Assembly: GCA_951406725.2 (NCBI GenBank)
Contig: OX597824.1
Coordinates: forward strand, 8,122,001 to 8,186,000
From: Octopus vulgaris
Taxonomy: Eukaryota
Direction: 5' to 3'
DNA length: 64,000 nt
Below, in pieces: positions 40,353 through 53,066 of this stretch (positions are counted from its first letter, which is position 1; every line of letters begins with the position of its first letter). A program made the translations under genes and the position numbers. A model generated the notes under the pieces. It saw only the letters and a program-made list of their open reading frames with translations, did no database searches and had not been told where the DNA came from.

Positions 40353-42089
40353 CTCATCCAGATCCAGGAAGTAAAGAGAAGAACCAAAAGAACAGAAAAC
40401 AAAAAGTGAGCTAGAATTAAAGCACAACAATGCACTACTATCATCTTCGTACAATAAACTTCACCAAGGAAATCCAAAACAATTGAAGATTTACCTAATA
40501 TAATAATACCCCTAACAACTTAAGCATAGATAATCTTTAAACTGCTATAATAAAACCTGCTAATACCTTTGACTTATGTTAATAGGCTGGATATGGATAT
40601 ATTTTATAACAAGCCAATACCCAAGAGTCACAGCTACTTTCTTTTTTTTTTTGTCCTTTTAATTTTTTTTAACACAGAAAACAGAAATAATTAGTAATAC
40701 TGCATATGAAACTGTCAGAGCTTTAGTTACGCTAATCAAAGCTAACTTTAATTTTTATATTACATTAATTAATTCCTGGGACAAGTGGCTGATATACCAC
40801 GTGGTAATATATTAATCAACAAAGAGAGGAGGGAATTCTCGTTGCATTGGTAATGCACAGAGTCAGTGACACAAAAACACGATAAGCACCAGCAATGGTT
40901 CTTTGGATCGGAGACATTTTCAAGGAATGCAAATACACTCAGCCTGACAAGAATTCATTTGGAGGCTTTAGTCATAAAAACAAAACAAAAAAAGCACAGG
41001 GATGGCTGTGTGGTAAGAAGTTTGCTTCTCAACCACATGGTTCCCAAGTTCAGTCCCACTGTGTGACACCTTGGGCAAGCATCTTCAACTATAGAATCGG
41101 GCAAACCTTGTGATTGGATTTCGTAAATAGGAACTGAAAGAAGACCATTGCACACACGTTTCTTTGTGCCCATGTTTGTCTCCCATCATCCCTCGACAAC
41201 TGGTGTCGGTGTCTTTACATCCCCATAACTTAGCAGCTTGGCAAAAGAGGGCAATGAACTAAGTACCAGGCTAAGTACTGGGGCTGACTCATTCAACTAG
41301 AATTCCTCAAGGTAGTGCTCCAACATGGCCAGTTTCATAATGACCAAAAAAAGTAAAAGATACAACCATAAAGAAATAAAACCTTAATATAATTATTTCA
41401 AATTTTTGCCACAAGGGCAGCTTGAGGGAGGTGGGGATGAGTCAACTACACTGACCCCAGTGTTCAACTGGTACTTATTTTATTGACAGGCAAAGTCGAC
41501 CTCGGCAGGATTTGAACTCAGAACGGAGCGACAAGTAAAATACCACTAAGCATTTCCTCCAGCATGCTAATGATTCTGCCAGCTCACCACCAAAACTTTA
41601 TATAATAGTAACTAGTACTTTATTTTATTGACCTCAAAAGGACAAAAAGCAATGTTGAGCTCAGGCAGGATTTGAACTCAGAATTTAAAAAGCTACAAAA
41701 AATACCACAAAACTTTTTATCCAATGCTCTAATGTTTCCGCCAATCCACTGCCCTCGTTATAATTGCTTCTAATTTAGGCAAATAACAATATTTTTTTTA
41801 AGGAAGCGGATTGAATTAGTAGATTACATCGACCCCCCTCCCCAGGTCTAAACCAGTATTTCATTTTATAACAGAAAGAATTGGAACTGCAATCAACATC
41901 AACACTAATAACCATCAATAAATGACAGCAAAATATGATTTTAATATTTCTTCTAAGCTGCTTAACCAAACTTTAAAACTTAAAATTTATACACAAAATT
42001 GCAGATGGATTTAGTGGAACTGGTACAAACGTAATACTAACCTCAGACAAATTTAAAACAGAAAAAAAAATAAAAGAAAATTTGAATAC

Positions 42090-42190
42090 CTGAATTTATA
42101 ATTATAGGAACGACTCCGCTTATCTTTTTGTAGTAGCAATTTTCTTAGCTTTGCAAGTAAGATAACACGACCGTAATACACCATCGACAT
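42090..42190 (-). CDS. Candidate alternative first coding exon: MSMVYYGRVILLAKLRKLLLQKDKRSRSYNYKF(R)
   Basis: ATG-initiated open frame ending CAG|gtattc in phase 2, in frame with exon 29897-30000. Unique sequence with several CpGs. Confidence 0.45.
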
Positions 42191-43169
42191 GATAGTCCGA
42201 CAGACAAATGAGCACAAAGTGAAGAAGGGTGGTTATTAATGATAAACATCAAACTGATTTAAGATGGAAATATGAGGCTGAGATATTATGAAAAATTAGA
42301 TTAAGCTGACAAATCAGTGGCATTTTCATTCTAATACATTTTAAAATATGTGTGTGTGTGTGTGTGTACTTTAATGTATATCAGCGAAAATCATTGAGAA
42401 TATTAAATAGCAAACAGCCAAGCTGGCCACAAAGGATTAAGCTAATCTGAGAGACACATATAAAGAGAAAAGACGACTAAGATTAGTGATGATACACTGC
42501 ACAGTAGACTACCCAATGTCTGGTAAGGTGGAAAAAAAACAGTTGTTGAAATAATGACACATGAAATTCTAATTAGTTCCACATCAAACTGAACACTTCG
42601 GCATTCAGTACTCCATCTTAAAATAGGGGACCACGTTGAGCTTAGGAAGCATCTGTACATCTATAGGGATTAACCCTTTTGGCACCAACTCACCAAAAGC
42701 CACCCATCAAATTTTAATTCTAAAGTTTGCATATGGGATTAGAATTTTTTTTATTATTGTGGGTCAAAAGTTTCCAAAAGAGTGGATTCCTCTGAAGGCA
42801 CCCAAGGGGAAAATGGTGGTGCTAAACTAGGCAACGGGTTAGATCTGTCCCAGGGACATAGGCCACAACAGGATTTGAACTCAGAACACAAGGAGCTGAA
42901 GCAAATACCACAAAGCACCTGGTCTACCATCCTTGCAGTTCTACTAATCCACTGCCATGATTTTTTTTTTAATTATTATTACATCAACCGGGACTAGAAA
43001 GATTACTGAAACAGATCACTGATAAACAGTACTGAGAAGGTTAAAAACAGCTAACTTTGTAGACGGGAAGCCATAGACACATCAATAAAATCAAGTAACA
43101 CCTAGCTGTTCCTCTTTTGTAAATTTTTTATCAAAAGAAATTAAGCCTCATTAGGCAGGAAGACTATTA

Positions 43170-43890
43170 TGTGTCTTTAAAAAGGAAGGGAAAAAAAAAA
43201 CTGGGTCTGGAGAAAGGAGCAGAACCTATGACATCTGCAAATCTTCTGAGAATGGAGATGTTGCCTTTAATGTTCAGCTTATTATTGTTGCACGTCAACA
43301 CATGCAGGACAGACAATGAGCAAGGGGGGGGTGTCTCCAGAGGGTCCGGGTATGAAGGATTGGATATAGAGATTCATGCAAGGAAAGTAGAGATTGAACA
43401 AGTCAAGATTCTTTTCTACTCTAGGCATAATTTTTGTGGAGGGGGGGGGGGGTCAGCCGATTAGATTGATTCCAATATGAAACCGATACTTAATTTATTG
43501 ACCCTGAGAAGATGAATATCAAAGTCGGCCTTGGCGGAATTTGAACTCAGAATGTAAAGACAGTCGAAATACTGCTAAGCATTTTGCCCGGTGTGCTAAC
43601 GTTTCTGCCAGCTCGCCGCCTTGAACACACCAAGATTGACAAGAAGTGGAGAGGTAAATAGGTTAGGGGGTACCTAAGAGGTGAAGGCAAGAGAGCAACC
43701 GGGTCTGAGGAGCAGAGACCATTACAGTAGCAACAGAAAAGACAAAGAGGAGACAACAGACTGATGGGCCAGAGGTTAGCAGAACTGATATCAATGTTTA
43801 TAGTTGAAAGGTGTAAAGCCCCAGCAAAATAGGGCTGAGAAACAGGAAGTTTGAAGGGGACACAACAGGACAGTGGGTTCCAAACTATAA
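43170..43890 (-). mobile_element. Decayed CR1-like LINE 3' fragment interrupted by a family B SINE
   Basis: Minus-strand QPLAH...LCLFCCYCNGLCSS resembles the CR1-group ORF2 end. Confidence 0.5.
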
Positions 43891-45958
43891 ATTGTAACTA
43901 TTTCAGACACATTATTTCAACAAATGCCAGTTATTTCTTGGATTTCACATTTCCTGTTTCTTTACATCTGTTTCACACTAGCAACATGGATCGAACACTT
44001 AATCCAATCATCAATTTACGTTAGACAAATGACTTATGATTGAATATACACTGTAGATGTAGGCGTGGCTGAGTGGTTAAGCAGCTCACTTTGCAACCGG
44101 GTGGTTTTAGGTTCAGTACCCGTGTGCAGACCGTTGGGCGTCTTTTACTGTAGCCTCCTCTCCCACATCAACCAACACATGCCTTGTGTGTGAATTAGAG
44201 AGAAACTGTATGGAAGCCCATCGTGGGTGTGTGTATACATATCACTGTGTGTGTGTGTTTGTCCCATCATCACCACCACCACCACCTCAACAACCAGTGT
44301 TTGTTTGTTTATATCTCTGTAACTTAGTGGCTGAGCAAAAAGATACCAATATATTTAGTACCAAACTTTAAAAAAATAAAAGAGCACTGTCAATCCATCA
44401 GTGCTCCAGCATGACCACAATTAAAAAACTAAAACAAGTAGATGACAAGATAACAGATACAGACAAATCTCTCTCGACAAAAGGTCACAACACAACCTGA
44501 GGCAGAGTTTAAAACGCTCCACCTATTACCCATAGCCGAGATAGTAACCGCAAACAATTTAATACAGATTGCAAACATTTTACACTTAATAAAGATTTGT
44601 TTTCTTCAAAAGATGCACAGCAAAACAAAAATAGACTCAGAGCGAGAGAGAGAAAGAAAATCTATTTTAGGATGGAGTATTAAAGATTTAATCTTCCTAT
44701 TAGAGTTTAATAGGAAATTTTCCAAGTTACACTTGGCAGATAAAGCTCTGGTTGCTACTTAAACATGGTATTAAGCAGCTAACGGTTTGTTGTTGTTAGT
44801 TTTTACAAACTTACTGTACATAGGCAATGAACGATTTATTTAAATAAATCAATTTGTTAGAATGAAGAAGTCATTAATTACAAGCACACACACACACACA
44901 CATATACTACACATATATATATATCTATGCACAGACAAGTAAACACATATACATATGTGTATATATATATATATGTTTATATATATATAAGTATATATTC
45001 ATAAAGTACACATGATTTCATGTGCGAGTGTATGTATATATAAGTGCATATACATGTGTGTATGTGTATATACAAATATATACATTCCCCTATACATATA
45101 CACATGCAAGCATACAAAGGTTGATGACAAGGAGAGCATTAGGCTATAGAGTAGGTTTCAGTAAGTCTCATTCAACCCATGTCAAAGTGGAAAAAGCAGA
45201 AACACACACCTTACACACACACACACACACATAAAAGCCCCAATCAAATGACTTCAGAGTAAATGCGAGGCAGACGAGCAAAAGACAGTCTGGGAGAAGG
45301 AAGGTGTCAAAACTGAAACCTCCATCAGAGAGAGTCTAGTCTAGGCAATACATATGATGATGATGATGATGCAGAGGTGGAGGAGGAAACCTATTACAGG
45401 TCAAGAGAACTTCTATGAGAAAGCTACATATCTGATGTGTGATTGGAGCAAGGTTCCAACTAGACAGAAAATAGCATGGTGGTGGAATATTACTCTGGAG
45501 GTGATGGAACAGTTGCATGGTTAAGAAGTTTATCAACTATATGGTTCCAGGTTCAGTCCTGCTGTGCAGCCACCTTGGACATGTGTCTTCTACTATAGCA
45601 AGAAGTTGAGCAAAGCCTTAAGAGTCGAACTGGTAGACACAAACTGAAAGAGGCCTTTCTCTCTCTGTGCGTGTGTGTATATGTACATACATTTGTTCAC
45701 ATTTTCATTTCCCTGAAAATCAGGGGCTCCAAGCAAGAACACTGTTCTCATGTACAGTCCATAAATCCAGCTTTGTACCATCATGAAATATGAGATCCCT
45801 TACTTGAAAAACAGGTAAGAGTTAGCAACAAGAAAGGTAACCGGACATGAAACAATGCTTTGTTTATATATTCATCTACCTTTGCTAGAATGGAAAAACA
45901 GACATAAAAATCAAACAAAACCATAAAAGGTATAAAAACAATTTTTTTTTAATAAATA

Positions 45959-46119
45959 GGCGCAGGAGTGGCTGTGTGGTAAGTAGCTTTCTTACCAAAC
46001 ACATAGTTCCAGGTTCATTCCCACTGCGTGGCACCTTGAACAAGTGTCTTCTACTATAGCCTCGGGCCGACCAAAGCCTTGTGAGTGAATTTGGTAGACG
46101 GAAACTGAAAGAAGCCCGT

Positions 46120-46172
<53 letters not shown>

Positions 46173-46400
46173 ATGTGTGTGTGTTTGTGTGTCTGTGTTT
46201 GTCCCCCCAACATCGCTTGACAACCGATGCTGGTGTGTTTATGTCTCCCTAAGTTAGCTGTTCATCAAAAGAGATCGATAGAATAAGTACTAGGCTTACA
46301 AAGACTAAGTCCTGGGGCTAATTTGTACGACTAAAAGTGGTGCACCAGCATGGCCGCAGTCAAATGACTGAAACAAGTAAACGAGTAAAAGAGCAAAGAG
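45959..46400 (+). mobile_element. SINE family A copy; others at about 4770, 5565, 7375, 21290, 40995, 44060, 47765 and 62020-62282 (-)
   Basis: Head ggcgcaggagtggctgtgtggtaag, family body and tail. Confidence 0.9.
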
Positions 46401-48798
46401 TAGGCCTAGGAAGACAGAGAAATGGAGCGGTAAAGAACAATATCAAATAGACAGAAGAGAAGCTTGATACGTTAATACAACACTGAGAAGGACAGACCTG
46501 ACTGTGTAGTTAATAAGTTCATTTCAGAATCATGTGACTTAGGGCCCACTCCCAACGTGTGACTGCTGTCAGTGATAGCCACAAGTGGATCAATACCATC
46601 TGTGTGAAACGAGAGACAGCAACTGAAAGAAGTCTGTCATGAAGCAAACTGCCATTTCTAGTATACAGGATACCTAGAGACTCACTACTATGACATTGTC
46701 AAAGGTGCTAATTATAACAGGGGACTGGAGGTAGAGGGAGCTCCCTTTGTAAAATGACACTAGGCAAGAAAGACTATGCTGCAAGATGCATGAAATAAGG
46801 TAGCCATGTTATAACCATGGCAACGTTTTTTTTGTTTTGTTTTTGTCTTTTTAATGGAATTGACAGAGTAAAACAAGAAGCCCTTGTGTAAACAAATATA
46901 AATTATACAATGTACTTAAATGGATGTTAATCCATTATATTTAAGAGAGAACATTTTGAAATCCAACCGAATGTCTATAATCAACAAGTTGAATTATTTT
47001 AAATGAATACAAATGGTTCTCTGGAGGATGGAAACTAAAATGAAATCACTTTTAAAAGACCATGGTGGACATAGACAAATATCTCTGCACAGAAATTAAA
47101 TAGCTTTTTAACAGTTATTTTTATCTTTTACTTGTTTGAGTCACTGAATTGTGGCTTTGCTGGGGCACCACCTTGTCAGGTTTAAGTTGAACAAAATGTA
47201 CTCTAATGGTCTTTTTTGCCAACCTCTAAGCTACAGGGATTTAAACAAACCAACACCAGTTGTTAAATGGGAGCGGGGCAAAAACAAACATGCACACACG
47301 CAGACAGACAATGGGTTTCCACACAGTTTCCATTTGGCAAATTCACTAAGAAGGCAAATGGTCAGGATGAGGTTGTAACAGAAGACACTTGTCAAAGGTG
47401 CTACACAGTGGGACTGAACCTGAAACCACACGGTTGGCAAAGTGAGCTTCTTAACCACTGAGCTGTCAAGGATTAAATTTTTCACAACAAAAACACAACA
47501 CAGAAAAAAAAGCACCACCTACACACAGCTAAAAGAAGAAAAAAAAAGAAAAATTACACCTAAAAATCTTAAATGGTGTGGAATATAATTGCAGCATCTG
47601 TAATGAGTGCAGTGGAAGCCACTGCCATCACCAAAACCTTCAAAATTAGAAATATAGATATTTCTTGTAAGAAAAACAAGCAACAGAAAATAACTGAAAT
47701 ACAGCCATAAACACAAGCAATTGTCTGTTCCTAAAATTAGATTTATAAAACCAATATTTATATATAGGAGTGGCTGCGTGGTAAGAAGCTTGCTTCTCAT
47801 CTACGTGGTTCTGGGTTCAGTCCCACTGTGTGGCACCTTGGGCAAGTGTTTTCTACTATAGCCTTGGTCGACCCAAGGCTATAGCAGAAGTGAATTTGGT
47901 AGATGGAAACTGAAAGAAGCCTATCATATATGTGTGTATGTGTGTGTTTATTCCCACCCCCCACATTACTTGACAACCCGTATTGGTGTGTTTACGTCCC
48001 TGTAACCTAGCAGTTCAGCAAAAGAGACTGATAGAATAAGTACTTGGCTTCCAAAGAATAAGTCCAACTAAAGGCAGTGCTCCAGCATGGGTGAAATCAA
48101 ATGACCGAAACAAGCAAAAGAATAAAGTATACACACACACACGCTCATGAATATGTATGAGTGATGGCTATATTTCCCATTATCATCAGCTGAGACAATG
48201 ATGTCCGAGTCTAATTATTATGACACCTGCATCAATGACTCATCATAACTCAAGTCTTCTACACTCGATAGAATCACAGGCCACTGAATGAAGTAATCTC
48301 TCTCTCTCTCTCTCTCACACATGCACAAAATTCTTCTCCTCTTCATTGCATCATATTTTTTTTTTCTTAATGTGAACAATGAAGACATTTCAAAGTGATT
48401 ATTATTATTTAACGAAGTTAAACTGCTCATAAATTTATTTAATTATTTCAGTTCCTATCGTGCTTATTATATAATACCACGGAACGGTATCATTATTCAA
48501 GAGAATGAGTAAAAAGAAAAACTAAATGCCGTATTCCATAATGCTGTTACTTCTTGTAACAAAGCTGATAAATCAACTTATGTTAATAACAATGCTTAAC
48601 TGACATTTTTGGTAAATTAGCTAGAATAAGGAATGCACCAGATAATTTAAGAAAAAAATTTCCAGCATTTTTAAGCATAAATAATAATTCAGAAATAGAA
48701 ATTTAGTATTTCTGATTTTGATAATCAGTGAATAGACTTCACTGAAATTTAGATATATACATTACGAGTCGAGACAAATATCGTCAGCTGACCGGTGT

Positions 48799-48855
48799 CT
48801 GCTACTCTAGGCCGACGAAGGACAATCATCCTGAAACACGTGTCCCTAGATGCAG
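48799..48855 (+). ncRNA. Minimal type I hammerhead ribozyme-like fold (Penelope-like element type)
   Basis: TCTAGG-CCGACGA-AGGA(caatca)TCCT-GAAAC-ACGT-GTC-CCTAGA: stem I, core, stem II, palindromic stem III and a GUC cleavage triplet. One core deviation (U4C). Confidence 0.75.
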
Positions 48856-49525
48856 CCCAGGTAGCTGGGGGTATTTGTCTCCCCTTCGTAAATGTATATA
48901 AGGACACAGGAAAAATGTGTCAAAGCCATCAGGAGGCATCGATGCTTCCTAGGGCTAAACAGCAGTGGTGTACCCCCCTACTGTCACGTTCGTGTTAGAT
49001 TGACAATATACAACCATTCTAAATAATAATTATTTTACCATTTTGGAAACTTTCAATTAAAGACTATTCTTTGTTCATTCATTTTTACTGACATATTTTG
49101 ATGCTAGATAGATTATTTAAACATTGCTCTTCCAATTGCTTACCAGATGCTCTTCCAAGTTTTACCCGTTTTTCAAATAAGAGATCCCTTATTTTACATA
49201 ACTTCAAAAGTGCAAAGCAATCGGATGATTTGCTGACAGAGTGACAATATCACTTCATATGTCAGGCATTTTTCAGCTTGTGTCTACCAAATTCACTCAC
49301 AAGACATTAGCGAAACTGGGAACTAGAAGAGAATTTGCCCAAGATGCCATGTGCTGGTGCTAACTCGAGACTACCTGGTTTGGAAGCAAACCTCTGAAAC
49401 ATGCAACTACAGCTGCACCCTTTAGATCATCACCAGTATAAGTGCCTTGACCTTTAAAAAGTTTTATCAATGGAGAGAGAAAAAGAAAAAAAGCAACAGT
49501 AAAATGTGCATAGATGACTTTTGGT

Positions 49526-49753
49526 TTAACCCTTTAGTGTTTAAACTGGTCTCATCAGGCCAAAATTGTCTTCCTGTTTTATGCTCAAACCAGCCAGCTC
49601 TGACCTCTCACACCTACCCTACAAAGTCATTCTAAAAATAAACAGGGACATCATCAATATCCCAGAGTTACAAGATGCTGTACAATTAATTTAAAACAAT
49701 GTAATTAAACAGGCTTTACATTTGACAGAGTAATCTGAATGTTAAAGGGTTAA
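49526..49753 (+). mobile_element. TTAA MITE family 2; relatives near 15020-15135, 25230-25416, 26663-26860, 28378-28600, 35288-35746
   Basis: TTAACCCTTTAG...TAAAGGGTTAA with a shared acctctcacacctaccctacaa..tcattctaaaaataaac core. Confidence 0.75.
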
Positions 49754-50208
49754 GTCAGGTTTTGTCATGAAGCCCTTAAAACCCAAAGAGACAGAGAATG
49801 TGCAGCTGCCTGAAGATGACCTGAAACTGATGGAACCTAGAGAAGTGCTTTACCTCCTGCTTCACAAGATACATAGAAGAACCCTCAACTAGGTATGTCA
49901 ACATCATGAATGGCATATCAATATACTCCTACAAGATTCTCACAAACCAAAGGTTGGGTAACCATATTCAGAAAGGGCATCCAGCTGTTGAAATCCTGCC
50001 AAAACAGTCACAGAAGTCTGGTGCTGGCTTTAGCCTAGCCGGCTTTTATGAAACCGTCCCACCTATGCTAGCATGGAGGGAAGGCAGACGTTAAACAATG
50101 ATGAAGGTTATGTGTGTGCACATGGGTGTACTGAATAATGAAAATTCTGTAAAATGTCCAATCCCCAACCATCTGCCAGGCAAGTGTGTTAAGTTGCTCT
50201 AAGGTCAA

Positions 50209-50443
50209 GGCGGTGAGCTGGCGGGCAGAAACATTAACATGCCGGGCGAAATATGTAGCTGTATTTCGTCTGCCGTTATGTTCTGAGTTCAAATTCAGCC
50301 GAGGTCGACTTTGCCTTTCATCCTTTCGGGGTCGATTAAATAAGTACCAGTTACGCACTGGGGTCGATGTAATCGACTTAATCCGTTTGTCTGTCCTTGT
50401 TTGTCCCCTCTATGTTTAGCCCCTTGTGGGCAATAAAGAAATA
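50209..50443 (+). mobile_element. SINE family B copy; others at 29197, 31478, 61535 (+) and 38710, 41395, 43408, 60235 (-)
   Basis: Family head and core. TSD taagttg(c/t)tctaaggt. Confidence 0.88.
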
Positions 50444-50454
50444 AGTTGTTCTAA

Positions 50455-50500
<46 letters not shown>

Positions 50501-51355
50501 CAGGTTGTCACTGAAAATAGAAAGTATGCAATAACATTTATTATGTTCAAAGAACTTCTTTGAACATTTTTATTCAAAGAAACCGATACAAATGAAACGA
50601 TATCCAAACAGGCTATGTCTACCACAAGGTGGCTGTTAAAATTGCAGAAAACCAGACACGAAACTAAGTTTGAACTCAAAGCCTAGGGATCAAAACCATT
50701 GATTTCACAGGTTATTTGCACACGCACTAAAAAAAAAAAATTTAAAAAAAAAAAAAAAATATTTTGTTTTGGTGTCTCTTGTGAAAAATATACTAATGTA
50801 CAATGTGAAAACAAGTAATTGCCAAAGAATAATATTTGCTACCAGCAAGCTACTGACTACCAAGATAAAGAACTGAAGGAAAAAGTAGTGGGGGTGAGGT
50901 GGGGTGGAATCTATTTTGCCATATTTTAAGACTTCAAGATGGATTAAAAGTTGATTTTAAAAAGCTGAAATTCTAATTTCTTTATAGTCGCAGACAATAT
51001 CAGGAAAAAGGCAGCAGCCAACACATGGAAGTCATTATGCGAATACAATGAAGCTAGTGGTAACTAAACAGGTCTCACCAATCTTTTGTCTGTCTGTCTG
51101 TCTCATTAACAGCAAGAAGTTCAATACCACGACAAAGCTTGGTATGAATGCAAAACTGAGGAACTACTGAGTTTAAATCCAAGCTCTTTCTTACTAAAGA
51201 ACTAAACAGTCACAGGAGTCTTAGTTAAACTAGTAAAAATGTAGTTAAATGCAAACAATGTTTTCTGTTTGGTAGAATTAATTGCAACTTCTGAAGAATC
51301 TCTCAATTAGAATTGTTGACTACAAATACACATTCGATTGCCAATATGTTGGGGA

Positions 51356-51406
<51 letters not shown>

Positions 51407-51905
51407 CACGTTAAACGATGATATGATGATGTGTATATATCATCCTCACCAACTAACATCTATTTTCCTTGCTGTCATGAGTTAGACAGTCACACACACA
51501 CAAGCAAGTGTGTGCACTGTTTGAGTGGTTAAGAAGCTCACTTTGCAATAACAATGTCTCTGGTTCAATCCCACTGCATGGCATCTTGGGCAAATGTTAT
51601 CTCCTATGGATTCAAGTCACCCCTTCATTTTTGAGTTAAACTGAGACGACGGAAACTGTATAGAAGCCCATCAAGTAGACCGTGCCTGTAATTCAAAAGG
51701 TACAGCCTTATCTCTCACACACACACACACACAGTGTCATGCTGCTTCTGCCTTGAGAATTACATTAAAAGATACACATGTCAGGAATACTCAGCCACTT
51801 GTATGTTAATTCAACAAGCGGGTAATACAGTTGATTGAACAAGTGAAACCTCATCACCACCATCATCGAAACTGACGGAGGACCAGAACCATCAACATGC
51901 AAGAC

Positions 51906-51919
51906 CTACATATATATAT

Positions 51920-51953
<34 letters not shown>

Positions 51954-52062
51954 ACATGCATGCATACATACATACATACACACATATACATACACACACC
52001 CACACACACACACACATATATATATATATTTATAGGCATATACACACATACACAGACAGACA
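51906..52062. repeat. Compound TA/CA/TACA microsatellite, representative of dozens in the window
   Basis: Direct reading. Others include (TA)n at 52414-52475, (TAA)n at 55531-55575 and (GA)n at 50459-50496. Confidence 0.95.
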
Positions 52063-52411
52063 AATAGTGTGCACACAACTTGCAAGTACATTACATCATA
52101 CTTCCTTTCATTTGCAAAGAAATAAAATGCTCCATTTGAATAAGAGACACTTCAGCATATAACATAATTACCAAACTACTTAGACGACTGTAATTAATTA
52201 TTTTATAGAAATGAAAAGGTTCAAAAACAGACACACAGTTCAAAAGTATTAGCATAGAAATACATGGCAAAAATAAGTAAAGTGATTGGGTGAGTTTTTA
52301 TTGGCTGACATTAATGTGTTTTAATTAGGAAGCTCTTAATTATTTCCATTTCTTTCTTTCTTTGCCATTCATTCTGAAGAAAGCAGAAACCGATACTCAA
52401 GAATTTAGGTT

Positions 52412-52478
<67 letters not shown>

Positions 52479-52636
52479 GGAGTGGTCGTGTGGTAAGAAG
52501 CTTGCTTCCCAACCACATGGTTCCGGGTTCAGTCCCACTGCAATGCACCTTGGGCAAGTGTCTTCTTCTATAGCCTCAGGCCAACTAAAGCCTTGCGACT
52601 GGATTTGGTAGGCGGAAACTGAAAGCAGCCTGTCGT

Positions 52637-52676
<40 letters not shown>

Positions 52677-52685
52677 GATAGATAT

Positions 52686-52734
<49 letters not shown>

Positions 52735-52757
52735 AGAGAGAGAGAGAGAGAGATATG

Positions 52758-52795
<38 letters not shown>

Positions 52796-52890
52796 TCCGT
52801 AATAATGAAGGGTGAAATTAATTAATTTGGAATAATTATCAATTACACCAAGTAGTCTTCGGCATGTAAAAGCCTCATTTGAGGAAAATT

Positions 52891-52990
52891 TAAGTAATAC
52901 TAAGCAATAAAGGGTTTAGCAACTAGTTGTGGTAAGTGCGGTATGTGGTAAGGCAACTAGTTGCTAAACCCTTTATTGCTTAGTATTACT

Positions 52991-52992
<2 letters not shown>
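52891..52992. repeat. Perfect 39-bp inverted repeat with a 24-nt loop
   Basis: 52891-52929 versus 52954-52992. Confidence 0.95.
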
Positions 52993-53056
<64 letters not shown>

Positions 53057-53066
53057 TAGATAGATA

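Noticed and set aside
40045-40374. 109-aa Ser/Pro-rich plus-strand ORF
   Set aside because: No convincing ATG start; likely the antisense shadow of the purine-rich minus-strand island.
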